Positions 1-15,500 of a stretch of DNA of 64,000 bases are shown here, one piece after another. Source of the DNA: Botryllus schlosseri (Eukaryota); NCBI GenBank assembly GCA_051294905.1, contig CM119379.1, positions 20,274,001-20,338,000 of the forward strand, read 5' to 3'. The translations under genes were made by a program, and so were the position numbers. How positions within the stretch are numbered: the stretch's first letter is position 1; every line of letters begins with the position of its first letter. The notes beneath the pieces were generated by a model. The model was not told the DNA's origin. It saw nothing but the letters and a program-made list of their open reading frames with translations, and made no database searches.

Positions 1-487
1 AGTTGACGATACACTTTGACGCAGATGAAGCAGCCACGTTCCAGAGCTCTAAATATCACATTTTTCACTGTCCAAAGTTACCCCGTTCTGATAAAATTTG
101 ATGGGGTAACTTTGGACATCACATTTTCTTGTATTGATCTAAGGGTGAGCCCACTGAGATTTTGGCCATGGATGAAGACTACTTAGAGGTATCAGCTGCC
201 AAGTTTTGAATCTATGAATCACATGCTATCTATGTTTGGTTGTAAGAAGTTTATTGGCCATCAATTTTGACGAAATTGACCCCCTCCATTACTTTATCAA
301 TGTTGGGTCAAGTTTATCTGGTAGTGAAATGAATCCACCTTTTATAGAGACTACTTGTGGTACTGTTGCCTCATGAAAAAGAATTGGACATCCAGCGGCA
401 GCCCTTTTTCATCAATAACCATTTAAATCTTTTACTGCTTAGTGTCCAAAGTTACCCTTAAGTCCAAAGTTACCCCGGTTTACGGTA
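1..487. mobile_element. One end of a pogo/Tigger-like (Tc1/mariner superfamily) DNA transposon in an SGSM intron; other end off-window
   Basis: Ends in CCAAAGTTACCCCGGTTTACGG followed by TA at ~486-487. Subterminal GTCCAAAGTTACCC recurs at ~70, ~443 and ~464 and is inverted (GGGGTAACTTTGGAC) at ~102. Confidence 0.6.
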
Positions 488-546
488 CTACTATGCTTGA
501 GTGACTTTGCCAGTGGATGGAAACAATAACACCACAAGAACCACAC

Positions 547-3500
547 CTGTATCAGCGATCTCATGTTGGCAAAATGAGCGTCCATGGCTTTTCCAGTCGG
601 GAAGTTATTTTCCATTCTCTGCATCAGCTTGCAGAAGCAACTGAATACTTTGCTCTCGTCGTCCATTAAAAGCAGCAATGGAGCCGCGAGGTCGCACATG
701 CCCTGTAACAATAGATAAGGTCATTTGGCTGCGAAGAAGCTTCCGAGATAGAGGCTAAGAAACAAAGAATTGGATTTGTGAAATGTTTTATGCTCTAATT
801 TTAATTCTGATCTAATTTCTGGTTTTCCTGGAGATGCTACAGGAGAACAGTATAATGCGAAACAAGCCAAACTTGCTGTACAGAATTTGTATTTGATTTG
901 ATATGAGCTTGATTCAATTCCCAAACTTTAGCTGTTCAGTAATTCTAATTCCAATCTTATTTTGAGGCTACAATTCTCATTCTAGTGTAATTTGGAAAAG
1001 CTAAAAACTTTATAGTTTTCAAGTCTACTTTCGGTAAGTGTGAACATGAAATATCTTTATTATAACAGGTTATTATACAAATGATATACGGTATGTCAAC
1101 ATCAATCATATGAATTGCATTTTGGTAAACTCTATTTTCGTAACAAGTTCATGAACAGGGAAATCTAAATTACCTGCATATATCCAATATCTAAATGCCT
1201 CCACACGTAGCTGCACATAATATTCCGGAGCTTCTCGAGATTTTCGCCGTTTGTGAAATATTCATGATTGCGGTCGCAGCGATGCACGTCCTTTTCGATC
1301 CGATGCAAATTGAGGCCGAAGCTCTCCAGCAACTCGTTCTGCAACCGAGAATGAAATCATATCATGCCCCGTAAAACAGTTGGCAGTCATTCTAGCAAAC
1401 ATTCCGTCTTTAGTCGCGTCAACATCAATAATGCATGGCGAATAGGGAATTATACTGCCATAAATACAAGATTTCGGGTGAGAAAAATATAAATATATCT
1501 CCTCCTAATGTGCATATTTATCGATACGGTGAGCTGACACAAAGAAAATTCAAACTACCATAATGAGTTGAATAGATTTCGTTTATTTATTGAATGTACA
1601 CAATCCAGACACAATATTTGGAATTGCAATCCAACTTGCAGAATATACGACGACATGGATTAGGAATAGAATGTCGGCAGTGTGAAAGAATATTGGGACA
1701 AAATATGTTGATTCTGCAGCAAGTACATCAGTTTTTCTACCACAAGTCATTTTATACACGTTTTTTGATGAAAACGTTTAATATGGAAGCAACGCCATGG
1801 TAAAAATAATTACCTGGGACCCGAGATAAGCTCTACAATCTACATGACAATACGATTATTCGTAACGGATCAAAACTTGACTGTTGAGTTGCTGTACTTA
1901 CCGACAATTCACATACAGGAGATCCTCTATCAAGGTAAGACTCGTCCACTTCGTCCAAATCTTGTGATTCACCTATAACACAAAACAGAACGGTCAATAC
2001 AAAAGCAATGATACGAAGAAAAACAGCAGGACATGCTAAAGAACACACGCAATAGAATCATGGCGAAAACACGATTCATTGATAATGCAGCTTCAATCAG
2101 AAACTCATTTAATTCTGGATTTAACGGATCCAGTCTACGAAGATATATTGGAAGAACTACAATGAAAATAATAGACTTATATTTTAAATATGTAAACATG
2201 ATATTACAATATGCGGGCTGAAGACTGAAATAATATAGTATCTAGAGAGACGAGACCAAGCATCCATTCTGGTTAATGCTACTGCACTTCAACATCAAAT
2301 TAAATACATGACAAACATAGGTATGAAAAAAGTGGGAAAATCGAAAATCACTACCTTGATTCAATCCAGCTTCCATATCAATACCATCTTGTTTCACCAG
2401 CGACGGTGGCTTTCGATTAGCAGATTTGGAATCGGACCCGCTTTCACTGGCGGCAATGTCGTCTCTCGTCATCTCGGATTCTGGTTGACACTCGTCGATA
2501 TTGTCCAATTTCATATCCTCGTTCATGCTGTCTCCTACGGCGTCTAACACAGAGCTTGTGATTGAAGAACACCGTTGAGCTATGTTAGAATAATCGGTGC
2601 TCATTGATGAATATGGAGTGTGGTCGCTGGCTTTCGAGTCGCTCTGGCAAAAGAATATAAAACCAGCGTACAGCAATCAGTGCCATCTGTGATTAGCGAT
2701 AGATTACAGGACTAAAAACTGCAATAGCAGTATATTCGAGTGCATTATACAATATAATCGATTATATTATCGGTACCAGGTTCAATGATTTCACAGCTTG
2801 TCTTTTTATCACACCAGTATGGCCTGGATAGCTATTTGCTGATAAGTAATATGTTCTCACAATAGATTTTGTTTTACCAGCGAAACAGTTCAGAATACTT
2901 GACGCAATGAATGTGCTAGCTCTGTTACGCGTCAACAGCAATGAGATATATTCGAATAAGATACCTACTTCATACTGAAGCAGCCTTGTCTATATGATGC
3001 TATGTCGCAAAAATAAATGCACCCAACCTTGGACGGATCACTTCCATCTTTCATCGCGTATCGTTTTCTCATTACTCGGTCGCGAAGATTGTTCGTGGCT
3101 TGTGAGCTATCAAGACTCGAGCTGTTCACATCGGCGCTGGTGGAAGCGTCTTGATCCAGAGACGCAAACACATCGCTCATCGTCGATTGCTTTCGCATAA
3201 CAGGAACAAACTATGAAGACAACCAGTCACAAAACATCCCAATATAATACTGAATGCGTTCACCTGTCTGAGAGGCCCATCTAAACTTGATGACGAACTT
3301 GCAAAACTGTCGTACGATAACTTTGCGGCTAAACTTATCTTCTGCCTCTAGGAAATGGAAAGGAGGTTTTCATGCGAACACTTTTTGAAATGGCATATAT
3401 ATCATTGTGACGATCAAGGACAATAAATTTTTATTAATTCCTCACTTGAACTATGGTGGTCTCGGCAACGCGCCATTCACGCATCACATCCTCGTAATCT

Positions 3501-6500
3501 TTTACCGATTCAGCGTCTATCCGTTCTCTCTCTTCACAGTTGCTATCCAGTGGATAGTGATTTAGTAAAAACGGCCAAATAATGATTCGCATCTCGTGTT
3601 GTATCCCGCCGAAATACACTCGTTTCATCATAGCCTCTGTGTCGACAATCTAGAAAGTGTCGAAGCTGACATTGTTTATCAGCACAATACAAATGTAGAA
3701 TCGCAGACAAATTGGCTTGAACAGTATTTCAGTAAAAACTCGTACTCTATGATAATCCGGCTGCATTTATTCATGTCATGATATCCACTGATGTACATGA
3801 ATAGAAACTTACTAGGAACAGATTTTCAGTGCCGGTATACGGATATTTCAGACTAGTTTGTAAAGTTACAATAAAGTTTTTGACTTGACAAAACCAAAAC
3901 GCCGTTTTGGTAGCAATTGTGATGCAAAAAATTGCTATCAAGACTACATAAAATGAGTATAATTTACTAACTCGAAGACTTCTCAGAGGAGGTCAAAGTA
4001 GTCATCGTATTCAAGGTAAAGTAATGACATGAATTTACATTCAAGTGAAAGTACAAGTAGTGATTTCCAGGTAAGTAAAAAAGTAAGTATTCTAGGTTTA
4101 GTTTTGCCTAAAAAAATAAAAATAAAACTATGAGGAAGTGGTGTCAGTAGGTAAAACCTACTTGGAATACCGTACTTCAAAAAGCAGTACTTCGTTACTG
4201 ACCATCTGTGTGCCCCTTGTGTGACAAGCATGACAGTAGATGAAATCAGTTGTCTCACTAAATATGCATCTTCGTGTTGATAAATTATACTGCTGTGAAA
4301 GTAAACCTTGAAAGCAATAGCCAAGATTAGTAGGCCTACATCCACCATAATCTCTCATTCGCAGAATCCACCCTGGGTGGCAAACCACAGCATATTCATA
4401 TAATAAGAAGGAACTGTGAACTCTAACCTTTCCATCTTCAAGAAAGGAACTCCACACTTCCAAATTGATGGGCGATTCCTGCTCCACCTCTAGCGGAGAG
4501 CTGTCCGGCAAGATCAGGGCAGAAAGGTGTGTGCGTACGGTCGACAGATGACGGCAATGAGCCAGCCAGCCATAAAAAGCCCTTGAAATGATCTGACGAC
4601 GCATTGTGTGACACAATACTTTGAGGGAACTGCGACTGCCGGAAATATGGAAGACAAGAATTATTTCTTGAAATGAGTGTCATTATATTTTTGAAATTGA
4701 CACTACAACTACACGTGCTAGCAAACACCCAGCTTAAAGGCTTGTCATCGTACGTGTGCCCTCATTAGTTTTGATTGGGCCGAGATAGTAAATATATCAT
4801 TGCAGTTATACATGCATAGTTGTTAGGTGTGGGTCTCATGAAACGCTAGTTTTACCCTAAGTAGTTTTGTCCTCTGGTTAGCTTTATTATTGATACCAAG
4901 ATAAAGACAATGTAAGTAAAATAATAAGAGGTTGTGACAGCCACAAAGTGGATTCATTCAACAGAAAGTTCAATTTAATGCAAGAAATGAAGTTGTTCCA
5001 TACCAACTGCAAAGTCACTGTCCTTGTGTGACACAGGAAATTGCCTGGTATTTTCCTCGACATTATTTCCTATGTGCATGAGGATGCTTGCCAGAGATAT
5101 GTGAAGTTTCTGACGAGCTCATTCACACACATTATTACCAGTGAATCAAAGGCACGGTGAATCAATGGAATATATACTTTTATCAATTTTGGAATACATT
5201 ATACATCATACGGAAAAGTTGATGAAAAATTCAATTTCACCTAGAATATGAATTATCCTGAGAATTGTAGCATGTATAAGCTGGTCCGATAGCATAAGCA
5301 TCGAAATTCTCATGGATTGGATCGGAGATGATGGTTCTTTGAGCTGCAAGTGAAATATATCGTTGTTGATAAGCTATGGAGAGAAATTTCAAGTCACACC
5401 AAAATACATGGAGCATGGAAGGAGATTAAGGCAGTTCTGAAACATGCAGTGTTGATGCAATGCAATTGGTGTTTGTGTGACTGGGGATAATACTGAGTCC
5501 AGGGGTTTGCTGAGCCAGTCTCAGGGGTTCGGCTGGAGTCAAGACAAACACCCACTTCATACAGCAGATGTCACGCTGATTTTCAGTAAATTTTGTTTGA
5601 AAACCATGTTTTAATGTTTTTTCTCTTTTAAAGCTATTGTTCATGCGCAGGTCATTTTGTAGACCCGTATTTCATGGTAATGTATCACGCGTGCAGTACG
5701 GTCGTTTTTGTTGAGAGTAGGGGGAAATTTGGGATTAGCTGAAGGCTTGAAGATGAGCGTAAGGGTTCGCCAAGTTAGTAAACGTTAAGAACCACTGCTG
5801 TAGAAGCAGGAATGCCATGGTATATGACATGTGTCAATGAATGGTAGTTAACCTTGTCATGATGCATCAATCGTGGTGGGTGGTAACCTAGCAAGAATAA
5901 TGTCAAATACCTGTTTCGCAAGAGTGTAATTGCAATTATGTCCACTCATACTAGTACTAATGTAACATCGGCTATACGACTGTTTTTAGTCACCTCTTTT
6001 CCAAGGATGTTCAATATGACTGGTGTACCTGAGTAGCCCAGTCCCAGTACACCTACATTCAATCTCAAGCATCAGTCTACGTCGGAAGCCTGGTCACAAA
6101 TCCCCAAACAGAAAAAACAGACTCCCGTCTCGTTACCATAAAGAACACCTTGTTATCAGTCCATCAACCATGATGAATGACGAATAGAAACTAAGTTAGT
6201 GTGCGGGCAGGAGTTACCAAGATTTGGATTTGACTTGTAACTCAAGTTCACAGGGTGAGAAAACGGGCTACAAAAGGATGAATACTGTCTATTGCGATCA
6301 TTTTGATAGAATTCAAATCAGTAGAAGCAGATTTTGAATAAAAGATGTATTGAAACAAGCAGAAATATCGATAACGAGAATAGAAATTTTGTAAGATAAT
6401 ACCTAATCAACTATTTTGCATCAACAAGCATAAAATATTACTAATAACCATGCATTTGCAAGAGACATACACAGAACTGAATTGAAATAAACGTACATGC

Positions 6501-9500
6501 ATCATGCACCACCCAGAATCTTGACCTGTCATCGATCCGTCGAATGGCAAATTCTTTGTGGTGGCTAGATCGACAGAACTGTACCTTCCGAGTAAGAACA
6601 TTGGCAATAGATGTGCATGGCTTGGCCGGGTTACAAACGAGTCAAACAACCTTCTATGATGGGTGGAGATATTTTTTTTAATCACAACGCTACGTGCGAT
6701 CCCTTGACGTTTGGTAGGTTTGTCAGGATCTAAAGCGTGAAAAGTTGAGGTAGAACGTTTTGGGTGCAGACTGCGGAGTGGCATCATTGCGACTGAAATC
6801 ATGTCAGGCGCTTCACAAACAGTTAATCTACTATCATGCAATAGAAATAAATCTGGTAAGGTACAGCATATTCCTTCACCAATGTTCCGGTTACACAACA
6901 TTCACTTGCATATTTGCACATTACATATGTACATGCTCAAGAACATACAACTAGACATGCCATAATTAACATTTCATACAGACATTATGATTTTAAGAAA
7001 CCATTCAATTAAACATAATTATGAGCAGCTCGTGCTTGGTCTTAAAATACTACTCATTCGATAGGCCAAGATAGATTATAGATCTATTGATTTATGGCTT
7101 TGTTTGCATGGTACAAAAGAATGCCGGCGCCTGCGTATTGATCGAATTATCTACCGTGTACATAATTGATTTCTCATAGAATCTTATTAGTAACACAAAA
7201 AGCGTTGCTATCAAATAAATTGACATAGGCTCTCACAGTTCGCTTTCGGATTTCCCGATGTGACACGAAAGACAAAATCGGTCGCTTCCACGTCATCACT
7301 ACTTGTACTTGATTGAGAAGTTCGTTTTCGCAATTTTGGAAACACTTTACCCTGAAAAAAAAGAGCAAGTGTATTAAAATAGGTTTTACGGATAGAAACA
7401 GCATGGTGTTCAGACAAAGCTAAGAAGGAAAAATAGCAACATCTTTATCATTATTTAATGGCCGGACATCACCAACCACATGGCATGGCAAAAGAGGAAG
7501 TATTGTCTAAGGTTATGGCAAACACCAGTGACGAGTCATGTTCCTTCAAACATGGGATGGTGACACCATACAGTTAGGTTCATTCAACTTGGTATGCTGG
7601 GAAATCCTTACAGAATATCCAACGGCAAGTGATCAGTTTCACAGATCATCTGAAAATAGATTTTGCTGGTCCGTAGAGTACACTTTTGTTTCATCCAATA
7701 CTATTTCATATTATTAATGAAACACTTCTCACAAATCTACCAGAGCACACATCCGCAAGTATGAAAATTTCACACTAGAAATCATACCGTTCCATGTTGC
7801 GACCACAGAGGCGGGTCAAGGTGTCCCAGTGGCAGCAGCCCCGTTTCCAAGCATGTCAAGAAAGCAAGGAGGTGGCCACCGGGAGGAAAACAGATCGGAG
7901 GACGCTGCACCCCATCTTGTCCGACAAGCACCAATGTGCCGTTAGCACCGTCTGTATATTAATATGATAAGTTTGATAACTATGGAAAAAATTATGCGCG
8001 TGACATACTTCTATGATGACAATGTAAATACACAACGTCTTTGACGTTTACGCTGATTGCATACTCCCAGTAAGACCTGAAAATTTAAAAAATAAATGGT
8101 CAGATGCAGGATTACGCTGTGCCAGTTGTATGCATATTCCGTATCAGAATATTTTAGAGTAATCAAGATTGAAAAGCTGATTATGATGCATTTAATCATT
8201 AATATATGCACAGGCTATCGATCAGACGTGATCTTACTTGGTAGTCTTTGCTAAGTTTACAAAATCCGCAGTAGCGTATAATCAATGTCGAGCATAATAT
8301 CAATGTTGGGAAAAACAACAGGTAACCTCAAACCGATCACACAAATAATCCACAGAGATCTCACGGCTCACAGCTCTCTTGAAAATTATTTCAGCATCTA
8401 TCAAATCAATATAACGGGACAAATTAAATAGCGGGGGGGAAACCTTGAAAGCATCAATAATCACACGGACATCAAAGCTACAAACACAACCAAGGCTGAT
8501 GCATAATTTATGACAAGAGCCAACCGAGAATACAGGAATCAATACGCTCCAAATTGATACCGTGAGATTTTCTGAAACACATTTCGTATGATATATCATA
8601 CCTAATCACCAGCTGCATACAGCTTTGGTGTGAGACGGAGCTATATCATGGGAAGCAAAAGTATTCTACGTATGAAGAGCATGGAAATAAGTGTGTGACC
8701 TTGAACCAATCACGCTATATAAAATATCATGTTTTGGCTCATAATGAACCAGACAATTGGTCAAGGAGCAAGTTCAAAACAAACATAATCAACTCCCAAG
8801 AAACGAACACCCAGTAGGACTTTCGCAAGAACAACAACCAAAAACCTTCACACTGCATTATATTATAGTTTCTGATATATTATCAAAATGGAAATTACAA
8901 AAAGTGAAATTTATCGTTTCAAGGTAAATAAGAAATGAATTTTAAAAGCAATCATTGCATTACAGATGTCGTTTGCACACACAATTAAATCATAATCTGA
9001 ATAAAATCTTCAATATGTTGAGTCGATTTGATGCTGTTGGTATTATTCTTCACACGATCATAAGACCGCGTCCGGGCATATATGTTTCGCATTCACAGGA
9101 AGCGAGGCATGGAAGTTAAATGCGGTTAAGTCTTTCATTCAGATTGTTCTATACTACGACAGTAGCTGTACTCGTTTTCTCTGCAGGCAGCAATAATTTG
9201 AAAATTTTGCGGTCAATCTAGTGTTATCACTGATAACAGTATGCAGAAAGTGTAAGCAGAAGAAGACTATATGATTATCATACTTTTTCATCTCCAAAGC
9301 ACATCTTATTGAAATGGGCAATAATTGGTTTTGCAAGAATGGACTTTGTTTCACACAGGCAATTTTGTGACAACCATAAATAATAAATCAATTGCCAGAC
9401 AGGCCCTACAATCGAAAAATCCATATTGCAAAGGTATCGCTGGCATATTTTGAATACCGGTAGCGACTAATTGACACCCAATTCACGGATTGAATACCAT

Positions 9501-12500
9501 TTAACTGTGGTCATTACTAACAGTTGAATTTGTTTGAAATGAATGCAAATACACAATGTACCACATGCAGGTGCAGTGAAATGGGTGATATCCAGAAGGC
9601 ACCGACAATATCATGAAGACAAAATACGTTGCAGACACATATACCCAAATTCCCAAGATATCAAGCAAGAAAGTACTATACTCACGAAACATTCTTAGGC
9701 TTCTCATCCGCCTGACCTCGCCGTAAGAATGAGGAAGATTGTTTTACCACTACACCCTTGACATCATGCTTTGGGGCTAACGGAAGTCTAAAAATGTAAC
9801 ACCGATACAAACACATGCACATCTCCAAACACAAAAGAATCCTTGTGACTTACAGCTGCAACAAATCGACCTTTACATGCAAGGCTGCCAAGAATTAACA
9901 CACCATACCATAGTTCCGATTTGTAATTGGGAAGCAATCAAACTTCACATGTATTTTAACCACTATCAGGTTCACTGTAGGTTCAAAATTGTGAATAGAA
10001 AATGCTAGATATTCATGACGGGACTCCTGGAGGGACAGAACTTCCGTATACAATTGAATAATAAATTCATATTGAAAAATAGTAGGCTACATTGAGCTTA
10101 GGCTATCTGCCGGCCTCGATTATCGAAATTTCATGCATGTGACCTCATAATTGGTGATACGACTGTTGATAGGCTATACCAGGGGTGACCAAACTGCAGA
10201 TCGCGAGCCGCATGCGGCTCTTTCCGCATTTGACTGCGGCTCTTTAATGATTCCACACGCGTTTCGTCCATTTTGCTAGAGAGGTTTAACCTGATTATAA
10301 ATTGATGCATTTTATCGCGTATTAACAATATGCGTATTGTTTTCGTGTTGTTTCTTTCCTTATGGTTTACGCACGACTGTTCGCAATTGAACTCTCGAAT
10401 CGAGATCACATAAACGTTTCACCCGCAACAATGGATGCCTGATCAGTGATCGTGATCATCAATCAATGATAATTCATCGTGTTCAACAATGAACTTGATA
10501 ATTAATTACGCCAGCGCAGGTCACAATTCTTTCAGGGCTAGCAATGGTGAATAAGGCTTTTCCATTTGTATTGTAAATGCTAGCAATAACTGCAGAGTTT
10601 GGCCAAGGAAAATTTCGTCGAGATTACAGATTACCGATCCGAAATCTTCCCTAAATTCTCATCAGCACTGCCCCGCACTGCTCAGAGGTCATAACAGCCC
10701 GATTTCAAACACCTTGCAGCCTAGGTGGAGACGTGCCATATCACCACACAATAATAAACTTCATTCGACAGCCTACATCCGTATTTTGGAAATTTTCTGT
10801 TGTGGCTCTTTTAAAGCTAAGATTTTTGACATGCGGCTTGCGCATGAAGCAGTTCTGCCCACCCCTGGACTATACAAATTTCTTCTGTTTTGTTTACTAG
10901 TTGCTGACCATTACCCCGGATGCGAGTCAGCCGAAAATATTCATGATCATGATGATTCGTTAAAACCTACAGAATGTTCCCACCCACCTAACCTTATTTT
11001 TCTCGTTATAAGATATTGATGCTGGCATATATGGGTATTTGCTATTAAATTATTACTATTCAACTTGTCTTTGAATTAATTCAAAGTAAACTGCCTCCAC
11101 AATACATACAAACATGTATATATAACGATACAAGTCAAGTCTCAATTCTCGAAATTTGATCAAGCAGCATGTAAACGGGCCGAACTGAATACCGGTATGG
11201 ACGGTTAATCACATGTAATAGCACACATTTAAAAAATTCACCTCAAATTCAACTACACCGTAACACAGCTGCAGGTTCTATAATTATAGAGTGTACAGAT
11301 TTTATCAATTAAAACTACTTGAGAACGAATTTATAGTCAAAAGAAACACCAATCCCATTGCAGATCGAAGTATGAAATAGGGATTTTACTTTGCATGTTA
11401 AACAAAACACCAATGAAATTGATATAATAAGTAACGAGTAACGACAAGACCTATGAAGTAGCCTACGTATTCTTAATTCCTTCCTAATCGTATCAAACAG
11501 AAATATAAAATTGAACTCATGATCCCAATATATAGGCTACCCAACACACATAGCATGCATGATTTATGAGATGAATCCTTTGGAAAGGTCGTGCTCCTAG
11601 TGCTAGTATTGTTAACAATCTCTAATCAGGCCCAGCGAACGCAAGAGAATGTAAAATTGGAGTTAACTGAGATATGGGTGTTTCAAATTTAGGAAAGATT
11701 TCTCATATAATTTACGATACCTTGATTCTTCCTCTTCCACACCTTCCTCCATTTCCGCGGTGTCATGATTGCAATTCACACTTTTACTGTGTTCATTTAC
11801 ATTCATCAGTTGGTTCGGAGTCCACTTGATGAATAGGGAATCCAGAACTTGATGCAGAGACAAGTATCCGTGGATTGGTGTCATCTCCTCGATCTGATAA
11901 GAATGAATGGCTTTTAACGGTCACACAGTTACTCTGTAGTGCCAATTTCCGATTACTCGCCACTCTGATACTTCATGGCTTGGTGTGCAGCGCGGGAATA
12001 ACTAGGCTACTGTGCTGGTAATTATATACCAGATACCAAAATCTGGATACAGGGAAAGCAAATACGCTTGACAGGTTTTACAATGAGATTCGATACAGTT
12101 GGCAATTTCCTGTAGTAGGAGCTGTTATTTCAAGACCAATACCACATTTTCTCACATCATAAGGTCACTGTCACAGAGGCCTCGACACATATCAAGGTGC
12201 AACATATGTAAAATGTACATTGACACCAAAAGTAATACCAATTTCATGTGTTCAAATTTTAAAAGTGCTTTTACAAGTATGACGCTTCCACAAGAAGGCG
12301 AGTATCTCCAAATGATCTATATAGACTCTCAATTGAAGCCTGTGCTGCAGTGCAGTCTTTCAATTTAGCACAGAGGGGGAGCTGATCAGTGATCATTACA
12401 TACATTTATGGCATTTCAACAAAAATACACATTCTAGGATCCAGTATATTGTAATAATTGTAAGATAACTTGGCATAACTAAAGAAAAATACATCACGAT

Positions 12501-15500
12501 ACTCACCGGCTGTACAACTACATTATTTTTTCCATACAGTAACGTTGATTTGGAGTTTTGATGTAATGATTCCACATAGTCTCTGAAATTACTTCCTGTG
12601 CCGGTAGCGTTGCCAGACTTCTCTGGTTCCGTTGATGAATACTTTGAGAGGGACTGAAGCTTTTTACGGCGTCCTGAAGGTGACTGGTCCTCGTTTCTAC
12701 TAAATAAATTAGTACATTGCGGCCAAACTCAAAATACTAACGTCACATAGGCAAGGAAAATTAATACATCATTTCTAAAAAAGTTTGTTCAATCAAGCAG
12801 AGTTGAGGCAAAAAGAATTATTGAGTAAAGTTTGTAGCTTATCTACATTATCGGCTATACATTACTACAGTACGGGAGTCCAAGATGCAATATTTTGCAT
12901 CGAGATGACGGCTACACAGTAAAAATGCACAATGCAGCAATTGAAACTCTATGCTACCGTGTATAATGGCCACAAAAAACTTTGAATAGCTAGTAGCTAC
13001 TACACCTTTGAAGGCTCTAACTCAAAGCGGCTAAAGGCTTCTCACATCTATTGGCATACGAGTGCAATAGATCAATGTCAATAGATTATCAGAAGTTCCA
13101 AGCCAAATACCAAAATAACCAAATGTAACCTTTTCCCACCTGCAATGAAGTTTGTGCCTTTGCAAAAGCTCGTCAGCCGGAGGGTCTGACCAGTAGTGAT
13201 CTGAAGTTTTCATTTTTGTGTATTCAAGAGCACACGGACCAACTGTAAAACAGAAGATACATCCGAAGACAAATCAATAATAATCCAGAAAAATGATTTG
13301 TTCAAATTAAAATTTGCTACACAAATCTGATCGGACGTTTTAACATGAAGTAATATTCATGTTCATCCATTACTAAAATCAGAATAGAGAAATAGTAAAG
13401 AATCATTATTCACCTAAAAGCGAAGACAGAATGCGTCCTCGCACAGGATCAGAAAATATCGAATCCCTCTCATAATATTTTCTGAAAGAAACATCGATCT
13501 TCATTTGATACCAGAGAGCGAGACGGAATATCTTACGCGCTGTTGTCAACCAAGAACTCCAAGATTTCGTCTAATTTCTTGTCGGTCAGTGCAAGTCTCA
13601 CCCAAATATATTTCAAATGTTGAAGTTGCAGTGACTGGGGCCGAACGACATTTCCTTTTTTTCCGTTTTGAGACAACTGCCTGGAAATCATTTGCAAAAT
13701 ATAGAATAAATTTACAGACTGGTACACCCCAAACATTTGTGAATATTTGCAAACTCAACAAACTTCCTGATTATAGAAAGATATATTTCCAGCAACTATT
13801 GACCAATTGAGAACAAATAGAAAGTTGACGAAGCAGCCTTGTTAAGTAAATGCAATTGAAATAATAATAATAATAATATGAAACTACATCAAAAACTAAT
13901 TATCCACCAACCTATGCAACTATTCACAATTAATAGTAGGCTAATCATATGGATCAACGTGATTTACTAATTTCACCAATAATAGCAATAACCATAGTTT
14001 GTGTACCTTTCAATAGTAGATTGAGTTTCTTCAATTTTAGTAACTAATTGAGCTATATCGGGCAACGATTTTCCGACTTTGTTGAAGAGATTAGCGATTG
14101 AGTTGCTTCTCAAAAAACCTGCTGTCCTTTTTTTCAATCGATTCAGCAGGCACGAGTGTATTGTTACTGCAAGATAAGGATTTAAAGAAATTTCAAATCG
14201 ATATAGAAAGCACGAGTAGCTTATGAATATAAGGATCTATTTCACTTATCATAAACATAACTTCAGGGATATCAGTTCAGTTCGGCTTACTAGAAATTTC
14301 ATCACGATACAATGAAAACCTAGGAAGTAGTCAAAACGAGTTGCTAGGAAAAGGGGAAATCCAACCAGTCGAGTTTATGGTCAATCAGTATGAAACAAAA
14401 CTTATAATTCTGGTGAGAAAATGAGTATGGCAGTGAACCGAAATACATTCTTCGGCCTTTGTAACAGGAGTGAATGTGTTGATACAAACCACAAGTAGCC
14501 TATGCAACAGTGAAATGCCCATACAGTAATGTGAAGGGTTTCCAGTTTCCACACACTTCTACATCAATAGCAGCAGACAAGAATGGCTACTCACTGCAGA
14601 GCCGTAAAACGTGTTCACTTTCTTCATGGACGAATTTCTTGGTCACCGACTCTTCCATGATTGCTTTCACCTATATACATAAATATGAGACAGACAGCGA
14701 TTTGGCATATGCACCTTGATCAATGATATTACAGCCAAGTGAATATATTATCATTATATAACAATCCTCTTTTTAAAATTAAGCTTAACCAGCAGGCTGG
14801 GCCGCACCGGTCAACTGATTCTATAACGTTACCTCAAAATCTGTGACCTTTTTTCACTTGCATGATTTGTTAAGCGTTATATCATATTATGGATCATACA
14901 TATTCTATTCTTGCAACTATTTTATTCGCAAACAACGGAAATGTCAAAAATACAATGATTGGTTATAAAAAGTGAAAACAGTGGCTCTAACGACCATGGA
15001 AGTTGGTATATTTCTATGCTTCCTTTGTTTTAATAACAGTCTGGTGTTTATGATACAGCAGTGCCTTCACGGATATAAAATTTCAATTATATTTTTGTGT
15101 AACCCTTCGATTCTTCATGTAACCTGCATATGGCGGTTTTGAACTGGCATCGGTCTTTTTTCCCCGTAAAACTCAATGTCTGCCATCTCGAAATGGGGTG
15201 TCAATGTCACCAACTTCATCTAATGGTGAGTAGAGTGAAACTACAATACCATTTTCGGATGGTAATAATGTGGCTTATGAGCATTCTTGGCAATTGCTGT
15301 ATTGAGGGATTATTTAATAAAGTATAACTGGAAGTCTCAGAATTTGTTTGAAATATATAACAAATGAACTTGATTACATTGCCTTGGTATGCTTTTCCAA
15401 GTCTCATAAAACAGCCTGAACCTTCAATATAATGGAGATCCTTAGTGTAGAACATAAATTATTCATCCGTTATAGTCATTCAATTCTATCAATGATCACG

